Below are positions 31,437-39,957 of a DNA stretch of 64,000 nucleotides, in pieces (the stretch's first letter is position 1; every line of letters starts with the position of its first letter). A program made the position numbers and the translations under genes. Source of the stretch: Planctomycetota bacterium (GTDB lineage Bacteria > Planctomycetota > UBA1135 > UBA2386); contig OZ245838.1 of the NCBI GenBank assembly GCA_965228735.1, forward strand, positions 544,001-608,000, given 5' to 3'. The notes under the pieces were generated by a model. That model did no database searches, was not told the origin of the DNA, and worked only from the letters and a program-made list of their open reading frames with translations.

Positions 31437-32075
31437 TCAGCAGCACGCCTCACCACGCCAAGCTTCGGTACCCTCGCGAACAACAAGGGCTGCGACCCCT
31501 AGGGCCGCAAGAGGGTCTGCCCACCACCAACCGAACGCGGCGTTGAGAACAATCCCTGACAGGGCGACGATCGAAAGCCACCAGCATGCCAGGGTCTGAA
31601 AGGAGTCGGCTTCAAGCGCTCGGCTCCCCAGAACACGTGCCACGGACGATTTTGCACGCGCTAGCCACCACATGACTGCGATCGAGACTGAGACAAGAAT
31701 GATCCCGACGACGCTCGTCTCAGGGCGATCCCCGTTCCACAGCGCGAATCCAGCATCCACGGAGACGTAGGCAGCAAGGAGAAACAAGGTGCCGGCCACC
31801 AGGCGATGCGCCCGGCGGTCGAGCTTCTCGACAGCTTCCGCCGCAACGGCCGTGTTGCGCCGTTCTCGAGAGAGTCTCCACAGAACGATCAAACCAGAGG
31901 CGCTCTCTACGAAGCTATCAAGGCCAAAGCCGAGCAGCGCGACACTCCCAGCAGCAGCCGCTGCGGAAACGGCGATGACACCCTCGACGACATTCCAGCC
32001 GATTGTCAGGTAGGCGAGGCTCGCTGCGCGCATGAGCGTTGCTGTCCGCGCCTGATCACTTGTCACGATCCGCAT
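31437..32075 (-). CDS. Cation diffusion facilitator-like transporter (TM domain only)
   Basis: WNVVEG, FGLDSFVE, WWWADP; start overlaps the upstream tolC end. Confidence 0.85.
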   Translation of the reverse strand: MRIVTSDQARTATLMRAASLAYLTIGWNVVEGVIAVSAAAAAGSVALLGFGLDSFVESASGLIVLWRLSRERRNTAVAAEAVEKLDRRAHRLVAGTLFLLAAYVSVDAGFALWNGDRPETSVVGIILVSVSIAVMWWLARAKSSVARVLGSRALEADSFQTLACWWLSIVALSGIVLNAAFGWWWADPLAALGVAALVVREGTEAWRGEACC

Positions 32076-33464
32076 CCGTAGCAAGGAGCACGTCGAGCGG
32101 TCGCCCACAAGCAGCCTCCAGCTCGGGGATGCTCTGGGCCACAGACTCAAGCCGTACGACATAGTCACGCCGAGTGGCAAGAAGTCGGTTCTGAGCCTCG
32201 AGGACAGATAGAAAGCCTGTCTTGCCTGCCGCGAACGACTCTCGGGCAAGGTCAAGGCTGGCTTGTTGAAGCGGCAAGAGCTCCTTCTGGTAGAGGCGAG
32301 CGGTTTCCTGCGCCATCGCGTAGCGTTCGTACGCACCCCGTACTTGTTGGGACACGTTCTCGGACACTCCCTCAAGGCGACGTATCGCCTGAGAGAAGCG
32401 CAACTCGGCCTTGGCAATCTGTGCTTGGTTTCGGTCGAAGATCGGAATCTCAAGCCGGAATGCTGGACCCAGTTCTACATCGCTGCCGACCGTTTCGAAG
32501 GCCAAGCCACCACCTAGCTTGCGCAGCTGCCGACGCCGCTCAAGAGGCACTGCGTTGCCTGCGGCCTCGACGGCCTTCTTCGCCGCGCGCAGGTCAAGCC
32601 GGTGTTCTTCGGCAACTGCGAGCAGTCTCTTGAGGTCAACGCTCCACTCCGGTGGCGTGAGTGGTGGACTCGTGAGCTCAAGTTCCTGCGGCGGTACGGA
32701 AACACCCAGCACCATCGCCAGGCGTCGTTTCGCTTCAAACGAAGCGAAGCTTGTGGAACGAACAAGCACCTGTTGCTCGAGGAAACCGGCGCGCGCGGCG
32801 TTCTCGTCAACCTGCGTCGCAGCACCGGCAGCCTTGCGTTCACGCGTGAGTTCGAGGAACTCCTGTGCGGTCTTGAGATTCTCTTCTGCAACAGCGAGAG
32901 AAGCACTCGAAGCAACGGCCGTGAAGTACGCCGACTTCGCCTGAGCCGCGAGCGTGACCGCGCGGCGAGCAACCTCGAGCACGGTTCGGTCTACTTGGCT
33001 TTCCGCAACCCTCGTGCGCGCGGGCAAGTGCCAGAGCTCGATGAGATTGTGGAGAAGTCCGCCCTCCATGTTCGTGCTTCCTCCATCGAGTGGAAGCGCA
33101 CCATCAGTTGGAGCGACGGGTTCGAGAGCAATCCAGCCTGCACTGCATCCGCACGCCGCACACCGATCTCGTAGAGCTGTTGCTGCAGAAGTCGATTGTT
33201 GAGAAGGCAAATCTGGACTGCGTCCTTTGAGGTCAACCCATCCTTCATGAGCTCTGCAACCAGCTTGCGCGCACGCTCTTCCTCTCCGGGCTGATAGAGG
33301 GTGTCTTCGCCGGTCGCTGCCTTTACCTCCTCTCGCGCTAGTTCGTAATCCGGCGTTGGGTCTACAGTGGCACATCCGCTCAAGGTGACTAGCAGCGCCA
33401 CAGCAGCGGCCACGAGCGTTTGCCGACGGAGCCGCCCAGTCTCCAATCTGGTAGTTGTTGCCAT
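32056..33464 (-). pseudogene. TolC/CzcC-like OMF with a 1-nt deletion near 33092
   Basis: N-terminal frame (lipobox LSGC, LLSNPSLQLMVRF) switches frame to PLDGGSTNMEGG...IPIFDRNQ... Confidence 0.8.
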
Positions 33465-33465
33465 G

Positions 33466-36400
33466 CTACGCAACCTCCCCGTCGGTTGTTGCTGGGACCT
33501 TCTTCATGACAAGCAGGTAGAGGATCGGCAGCACAAAGAGAGTCAGGACGGTTGACGTCAGCACACCTGCCACCACAACCGTCGCAAGTGGTCGCTGCAC
33601 CTCGGCACCGACTCCCGTGGAGATCGCCATCGGAAGAAAACCGACAGCATCCGTGATAGCCGTCGCCAGAACGGGACGAAGCCGTTGCTGTGTGGCTTCT
33701 GTGATCGCCGAACGGAGCTCGTTGCCCTGAGCAAGGAAAGAGCGAATGGCCGATACGAGGATCTGTCCGTTCAAGACGGCGATGCCTCCGAGCGCGATGA
33801 AGCCCACGGCGGCGCTCACGCTGAACGGCATTCCGCGCAGCCAGAGCGCCAAGACACCTCCGACAGCGGCGAAGGGAATCCCGGTATAGATCAGCAGGAC
33901 CTCCCGAAGACTCTTCAGGCTGAAGAACAGCAGGAAGAACACGAGAAGGAGCGTGACCGGAACAACGATCATGAACCGCACCTTCGCGTTGGCCAGATTC
34001 TCAAACTGACCGCCCCAGTTGATGACGTAGCCATCGGGGAGCTCCAGTTCGTTGGCGATCCGCGTCTGCGCTTCCTCAACAAACGAGGCAACATCGCGGC
34101 CGGCTACGTTGCACTGGACGCGGATCAGCCTTCGACCCCACTCACGGTTGATCGTCGAGATGCCCTCTTCTTCTGAGACGTCAGCCACGCTTCGCAGAGG
34201 TAGGCGAAGCCCAGATTTCGTTGGAATCAGCGTCGCACGTAGAGCGTCGGCATCGCCCCGGTGGGAATCCGGCAACCGGACAGCCAACGGGAACTTACGT
34301 TGTCCCTCGAAGACTTCGCCGACACGGCGTGTCCCGATGACCTCCACGAACTCGAGCACTTCCCGTCCTGACACTCCAACGCGGGCAAGTGCGTCGGGGT
34401 CCATGCGGATGCGGAGCGTTGGTTGCCCCGTGACCTGATCGACAGCGACGTCTGACTGTCCGGGGATGTCGACAAGAATGCGCTGTACCTCGTCACTGAT
34501 GCGCACGAGCTCGTCGAAGTCGTCGCCGTAGATCTTGATGCCGATGTCTGAACGGATGCCCGACGCCATCTCGTTGAGGCGCATCTCGATCGGCTGGGTT
34601 GCGATGATGTTCACGCCGGGTAGGTCGTCCACCAGGCTCTGCATGGCAGCGCCGAGCTCAGTCTGCGTGCTGGCCCTCTTCCATTCGCTTCGGGGCTTGA
34701 GCGACAAGAAGATGTCGGTCAGCTCGGTGCCCATGGGGTCAGTGGCGATTTCAGCTGTCCCGATGCGGCTCCAGACGTGCCGAACCTCGTCCGGAAAGTT
34801 CTCGAGCAAGAGCTTCTCGATGCGCGTGTTGTAGCGAACGGACTCCTCAATAGAGACACCGGCCAGGCGGATGGTGTTCAAGACCACCGCCCCCTCGCTC
34901 AAGCGCGGGATGAACTCTCCTCCCAGCCGTGTCGCAGTCCATCCGGCGAACACTAGAAGCAGCATCGCTCCGCTGAGAACGAACCACCGCAGCCGCATCG
35001 CTGCCGCAAGGAACCAGGCAAAGGCGCCGTTCATCGCGCGAGCGATAACACCCTCTCGCTCCCGAACACGCTTCGGAAGGAAGTAGTAGCCAAGGACCGG
35101 TGACAGGGTGAGGGCGATCAGCAGTGCCCCGCCAAGGGCGAAGATGAACGTCCACGCCATCGGGCGGAACATCTTTCCTTCGATTCCCTCGAGCGCGAGC
35201 ACGGGGAAGAAGACCACCATGATGATGGCCATGCCGAAGACGATCGGTCGAGCCACCTGCTTGCCCGACTCGGTGATGACCGCGAGACGCTCATCTTTGG
35301 TCAGCGGTCTCTTCAGCTCACGCGCACGCTGAGCCAGGTTCCGCATGTTGGCCTCGGTCATCACCACCGAGCCGTCGACGATGATGCCGAAGTCGATTGC
35401 ACCAAGGCTGAGGAGGCTTGCCGCGATCGCGAAGTGGTACATGCCGATCAAGGCAAACAACATCGCGAGTGGGATGGCGAGGGCTACCAGGAGACCGCCG
35501 CGAATGTTGCCAAGCAGTACGAAGAGCACGACGATGACGAGCAAGGCTCCGGCCAACAGGTTGTGCTGCACGGTTCCGATCACCTCGGTTGTCAGCTCGG
35601 TGCGGTCGTAGACGACTTCAACGACAACGTCTTCGGGGAGCGATCTCCGGACACCTACGAGCCGCTCCTTGAGCTCTTCGGTGACGGCCTGGGCGTTCTC
35701 GCCCATCAGCATGAAAGCAAGGCCTAGCACGACTTCGCCGCGACCGTTCGCCGTGACCGCACCGCGCCGGATCTCGTGGTCGACCCGAACCTCTTGCGCG
35801 ACATCTCGAATGCGGATCGGCGCACCGTCGAATGCGGAGACAACGATGTTCTCGATCTGGTTGACGGTTGAAACACGCCCGAGGCCATGCACGAGCTGCG
35901 ACTGCCCACCCGACGTGAGCACGCCACCACCGACGTTCTGATTGTTTTTCTCGAGCGCTTCGAAGACGTCCCCAAGGGTGAGGTCGTATTTGAGCAACGC
36001 CTCGGGCGAGACAACCACGTGGTACTGCTTCTCGTACCCGCCCCACGAGTTGACCTCAGCGACACCAGGAACCTTGCGGAGCTCCGGTTTGACGACCCAG
36101 TCGTGAAGGGTTCGCAGCTCTTCGAGCGTCCTGCGCGGGTTCTCCGAACGAAGGACGTAGTGGAAGATCTCTCCGAGCCCGGTGGAGATGGGGCCGAGCT
36201 GCGGACGCTCAATGCCTTCGGGAAGCTCTACTGTCGCCAGTCGTTCGGAGACGTACTGGCGCGCATCGATGATCCTCGTGTCGTCATCGAACGTCGCGAC
36301 GACCTGGGACAGTCCAAACTTGGATATGGAACGAACATCGGCCAGACCAGGAAGACCGCCGATCGAGAGCTCGACTGGAAGGGTGAGCTGCTGCTCAATC

Positions 36401-36594
36401 TCTTCCGGATTGAGCGCGGGGGCCACGGTGTTGATCTGGACCTGGACGGGTGTTGTGTCCGGGAAGGCGTCAACTGGCGTACGCGTTGCCGTGTAGATCC
36501 CGCCGCCGACCAGGGCAAATCCCAGCAGCAAGAACAGGAGGCGGTTGCGAAGTGAGAACTCGACGAGGCGCTCAAGCATGGAGTCCCCGTTCAC
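33466..36594 (-). CDS. czcA: CzcA-family heavy-metal RND transporter
   Basis: VDAFPD, LGAIDFGIIVDG, RLRPVLATA, GAEVQRPLATVV. Confidence 0.93.
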   Translation of the reverse strand: MNGDSMLERLVEFSLRNRLLFLLLGFALVGGGIYTATRTPVDAFPDTTPVQVQINTVAPALNPEEIEQQLTLPVELSIGGLPGLADVRSISKFGLSQVVATFDDDTRIIDARQYVSERLATVELPEGIERPQLGPISTGLGEIFHYVLRSENPRRTLEELRTLHDWVVKPELRKVPGVAEVNSWGGYEKQYHVVVSPEALLKYDLTLGDVFEALEKNNQNVGGGVLTSGGQSQLVHGLGRVSTVNQIENIVVSAFDGAPIRIRDVAQEVRVDHEIRRGAVTANGRGEVVLGLAFMLMGENAQAVTEELKERLVGVRRSLPEDVVVEVVYDRTELTTEVIGTVQHNLLAGALLVIVVLFVLLGNIRGGLLVALAIPLAMLFALIGMYHFAIAASLLSLGAIDFGIIVDGSVVMTEANMRNLAQRARELKRPLTKDERLAVITESGKQVARPIVFGMAIIMVVFFPVLALEGIEGKMFRPMAWTFIFALGGALLIALTLSPVLGYYFLPKRVREREGVIARAMNGAFAWFLAAAMRLRWFVLSGAMLLLVFAGWTATRLGGEFIPRLSEGAVVLNTIRLAGVSIEESVRYNTRIEKLLLENFPDEVRHVWSRIGTAEIATDPMGTELTDIFLSLKPRSEWKRASTQTELGAAMQSLVDDLPGVNIIATQPIEMRLNEMASGIRSDIGIKIYGDDFDELVRISDEVQRILVDIPGQSDVAVDQVTGQPTLRIRMDPDALARVGVSGREVLEFVEVIGTRRVGEVFEGQRKFPLAVRLPDSHRGDADALRATLIPTKSGLRLPLRSVADVSEEEGISTINREWGRRLIRVQCNVAGRDVASFVEEAQTRIANELELPDGYVINWGGQFENLANAKVRFMIVVPVTLLLVFFLLFFSLKSLREVLLIYTGIPFAAVGGVLALWLRGMPFSVSAAVGFIALGGIAVLNGQILVSAIRSFLAQGNELRSAITEATQQRLRPVLATAITDAVGFLPMAISTGVGAEVQRPLATVVVAGVLTSTVLTLFVLPILYLLVMKKVPATTDGEVA

Positions 36595-38192
36595 TTGTCA
36601 TCGACACAGCCAGCGCCGAGCCTCGACTTGAGGAACTCGGACATCACGGTGAATGCTCCTGTAGCAACAACAGGTTCGTCCGCGCGCAGACCTTCGACCA
36701 CCGCAACGATGTTGTTCGACGGTCGCTCGACCGTGGCGACGCGACGCAACGAGTAGAGGTCGTCTTCGAGTTTGACGAAGACGTAGAGCTTCTTCTCGAA
36801 CCGCTGGATGGCTTCCTTGGGCACATCCACTGCGCTTCTGGCATCCGAAGTGAAGACGATCGCGTCGCCGAACATCCCTGCGCTGAGCTTCCGGTCAGGG
36901 TTGCCGACCACGGCACGTGCCCGCAGCATGCGAGTCTTCTCGTCGATCGAGGTGTTGACCCATGTGATCTCACCACGTGACGCCTCGCTGGAAAGGCCGT
37001 GGAAGGTCGCCTCCACGCTCAGACCACTCTTGATGAGACCCGCGCGATCGGCAGGGATCGAGAGCGAGAGCCACATCGAGCCGAGATCCGCGAGAGAGAA
37101 TACGCTCTTGCCTGGCTCAACAGCTTCGCCGACCACCGCACTTCTCTCGACCAATGTGCCCTCGTATGGAGCGCGGACCAACAAGCGAGCTGAGGTGTCG
37201 CGATCCTTCTTGATCGCTGCAACCTCATCCGCCGTGAAGCCATAGTTGAGGAGTCTCTGTCTTGCTGTACTCAGCGTGAGCTCAGCGGTCTTGCACGCAG
37301 CATCGGCCTCCTGCACCTCCTTCTCCGAAGAGATGCTCTTCTTCGCCAGGCGCTTCTCTCGCTTGCAGGCAACCTCTTTCAGGTCGAGGTCGACCACGGA
37401 CGAGACGAACGCAGCCTTCGCGCTCGCTACTTCGGTGGAGTGCACTTCCACCAGAACATCTCCCGCCTTCACGTCCGCACCGACATCGACGAGCACTTTG
37501 CGCACGATCCCCGCGGCCAGTGGCGTGATGCGGGCCAGAGCATTCTGGTTGTAGGAGATCTCGCAGATGGCCGGAACGCTTTCCCGCACCGTGGCCTGGC
37601 GGGCGGGAACTGTCTGCACACCTGCCTTCGCAGCTGCACGGGCCGACTCGAAACGCACCTTGAGTTCGTCGCCTGGCTGCAGTTCTGCCGTGCGTTGTGG
37701 TTGGCAGATGCCGCAATCCGCCTCCGGCACCCCGTGTTCCTTACAGAAAAGACCTGGAACAGTGCGGGGGGGAGCATCCAGTTGCGCGCCCTTCTTGTCC
37801 TTCGGCTGCTTCTCGTCCTTGGAGTCTTTCTTCAGCTCGGGATGGCAGAGAAAGCACTCGTCCTCGTAGAGGCCGTGCTCTTCGCAGTAGAGGCGGCCCT
37901 TCTCCTCGAGCTGCGGCTGGCACATCCAGCATCGATTCTCGTAACGGCCGTGCTCCTTGCACCACAGGCGTCCTGACTCACGCTTGCTTGGATCACAGAT
38001 GAAGCACGTCTCGCCGGGTGTGTCGTGCTTGTGTGCGGTGCTCGTCGGATTCCTGCCAGTCGCGGTCGATTCACCTGCAGCAGGTTCGGAACCAGGACCA
38101 GGAGAGGGCTCCTGCCCACAACCGGAAAGGGCAACGCTCAAGGCGAGCATGCCGGCAAGAAACCAAGACCTTCCTCGTTTGTTGGTAGACAT
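36591..38192 (-). CDS. czcB: CzcB-like membrane-fusion lipoprotein with N-terminal Cys/His repeats
   Basis: Lipobox LSGC; three C-x-EH-x6-C-x2-C-x-P repeats; MFP core (VRAPYEG, DEKTR, GMF). Confidence 0.85.
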   Translation of the reverse strand: MSTNKRGRSWFLAGMLALSVALSGCGQEPSPGPGSEPAAGESTATGRNPTSTAHKHDTPGETCFICDPSKRESGRLWCKEHGRYENRCWMCQPQLEEKGRLYCEEHGLYEDECFLCHPELKKDSKDEKQPKDKKGAQLDAPPRTVPGLFCKEHGVPEADCGICQPQRTAELQPGDELKVRFESARAAAKAGVQTVPARQATVRESVPAICEISYNQNALARITPLAAGIVRKVLVDVGADVKAGDVLVEVHSTEVASAKAAFVSSVVDLDLKEVACKREKRLAKKSISSEKEVQEADAACKTAELTLSTARQRLLNYGFTADEVAAIKKDRDTSARLLVRAPYEGTLVERSAVVGEAVEPGKSVFSLADLGSMWLSLSIPADRAGLIKSGLSVEATFHGLSSEASRGEITWVNTSIDEKTRMLRARAVVGNPDRKLSAGMFGDAIVFTSDARSAVDVPKEAIQRFEKKLYVFVKLEDDLYSLRRVATVERPSNNIVAVVEGLRADEPVVATGAFTVMSEFLKSRLGAGCVDDK

Positions 38193-38232
38193 CACAATCG
38201 TTCTCTCCCTCGTCGCGAAAAACGGGCGAGCG

Positions 38233-38631
38233 CTATCTCGCTTCGGCACCCACGAACTTCTCAAGCACGCTCTCGGCAATGTCGAGCCATGACGAGTCGG
38301 CTAGCCGGTAGTAGGCGAGCTTGCCTTCGGCGCGGAACTCAACTGCTCCGAGGTTGCGCAGCTCTCGGAGGACCTGCGAGGTGCCGGACATGGAGATCCC
38401 GAGCACTTCACGGAGGTCGCAGACACACAGCTCCCGACCCTGAAGGGCCTTCAGTACGCGCAACCGGTTCGGGTTCGCGAGGACTCGAAAGGCGTCAGCG
38501 ACTCGTTGGAGCTCTGTGGTTGCGGGAAGCGACGCCTGAGCTTCCGAGACCATCGAGCAATCGACCTGGTTGATCTCGCAGGCCCCCTCGCGGGCCTTGG
38601 GGCTCTTCGACTTCGGCGTATCGTTCATCAT
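38233..38631 (-). CDS. ArsR/SmtB-family metal-responsive repressor
   Basis: FRVLANPNRLRVL, ELCVCDL, SGTSQVLRELR, YYRL. Confidence 0.93.
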   Translation of the reverse strand: MMNDTPKSKSPKAREGACEINQVDCSMVSEAQASLPATTELQRVADAFRVLANPNRLRVLKALQGRELCVCDLREVLGISMSGTSQVLRELRNLGAVEFRAEGKLAYYRLADSSWLDIAESVLEKFVGAEAR

Positions 38632-38647
38632 TTCAGTATATGATGAA
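38624..38647. promoter_or_regulatory. Inverted repeat, probable ArsR/SmtB operator
   Basis: TTCATCAT-N8-ATGATGAA, an AT-rich palindrome overlapping the arsR start codon. Confidence 0.65.
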
Positions 38648-39198
38648 TCGACCGCGCAGGGCAAGTTGCTGAATGAAACTCTCGTGGGAAGTCACCAGGA
38701 GGTGGTCCGAGGGCGGGTCAAGGCCCCTTGGGATCGGGATTTACGCGCTTCTGAGCTGACCATCAGCGATCGCGAGGAGCTCCCTCGTACCTCATGCGCC
38801 GCGCCCATGACGACGAGAATGCGCTTTCGGCCCTCTTCGGGCCGGATGTTGGAGCCCAGAGGCAGACGTGGCGCTTGCGGGGAGGCAGTCGAAGGGCGTC
38901 TCGTTCTAGCGCTAGATCGCGGATGGCCCTAAACTGGCACAGACCACACTTGGCGAGCGGGATCATTCGGGGGAGAAGTCGTTCGTCATGCCGAACCAGC
39001 GGCGATCAAGTGGCCGGCGTGAGGCTAGCTCCGCGCCTGCGGCCGTTGCGCTCGGGTGAGTTTCGCCTACATTGCGGCCCCTGGGACTCCTTCAGGTGGA
39101 TTTCCTGAGCGGCACCTGGTTGTCAGGGTGAGGCGCTTTCGCGTTATCTCGGCCGTGCATCCGCCTAGCCCAGTCGAGAGAGATCCATGAGAGGACAT

Positions 39199-39822
39199 AT
39201 GAGAACCACCGTGCTCGCACTGCTATGCGGAGTCGTCTTTGGAGGCGTCCAAGCAATCGCTCAGGAGACCAAGAACGTTCCTGCGGCGAAGTCGACTACC
39301 CCGGCCACATACGTCGTCGGCGTGACGGGGATGACCTGAGGCGGTTGCGCCTCGGGGGTCCGTGAGACCCTCGCCAAGATCGCAGGCGTGAAGAGCGTCG
39401 AGATCGACCTCAAAGCCAAGACCGCGACCGTAGCCATGAAGAAGGGGGGGCTGACGCGCGAAGCTGTCGTCAAGGCGCTCGTGGACACCAAGTTCAAGGT
39501 GAGCTCCTTCGCGTCGGTCAAGGCTACGCGCATGACTCCGAAGGGCGTCTACGTCGTGGGCGTGACGGGAATGACTTGAGGCGGTTGCGCCTCGGGGGTC
39601 CGTGAGACCCTCGCCAAGATCGCGGGTGTGAATAGCGTCGAAGTCGACCTCAAGGCCAAGGCCGTGACCGTAGCCATGAAGAAGGGCTCGCTCACTCGCG
39701 AGGCTGTCGTCAAGGCACTTGCAGACACGAAGTTCAAGGTGAGCTCCTTCGCCTTGGTCGAGAAGAAACCGGCGGCGAAGAAGGCTGCCAAACCAGGCAT
39801 CAAGGCCGAGAAGAAGCTCTGA
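39199..39822 (+). CDS. Exported tandem-HMA (CopZ/MerP-like) selenoprotein with two in-frame UGA codons (GMT-U-GGC x2), 207 aa
   Basis: GAGGA RBS, signal peptide, TGA at 39337 and 39577 each in the place of the first Cys of GMTCxxC, two ~80-aa repeats in one frame, Lys/Ala-rich tail. Confidence 0.85.
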
Positions 39823-39875
39823 GCTGGGTCGGCTAGACGATCGGGCCCCGGGCGCTGGCTGCGGGCCAATGCAAG

Positions 39876-39900
39876 GCCAACGCCACGACGTGGCGTTGGC
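39876..39900. terminator. Hairpin between convergent genes
   Basis: GCCAACGCCAC-GAC-GTGGCGTTGGC, a perfect 11-bp stem; no U tract. Confidence 0.45.
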
Positions 39901-39957
39901 GCTCAGCTGCAGCCGTGACGCTTCCCACGTCGCGGTTAGCGTCTCGGTTTCGATTCA

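Noticed and set aside
39261..39869. Minus-strand ORFs 39261-39533 and 39549-39869, and plus-strand fragments 39388-39579 and 39628-39822, as separate genes
   Set aside because: They are antisense shadows or pieces of the single UGA-containing HMA gene.
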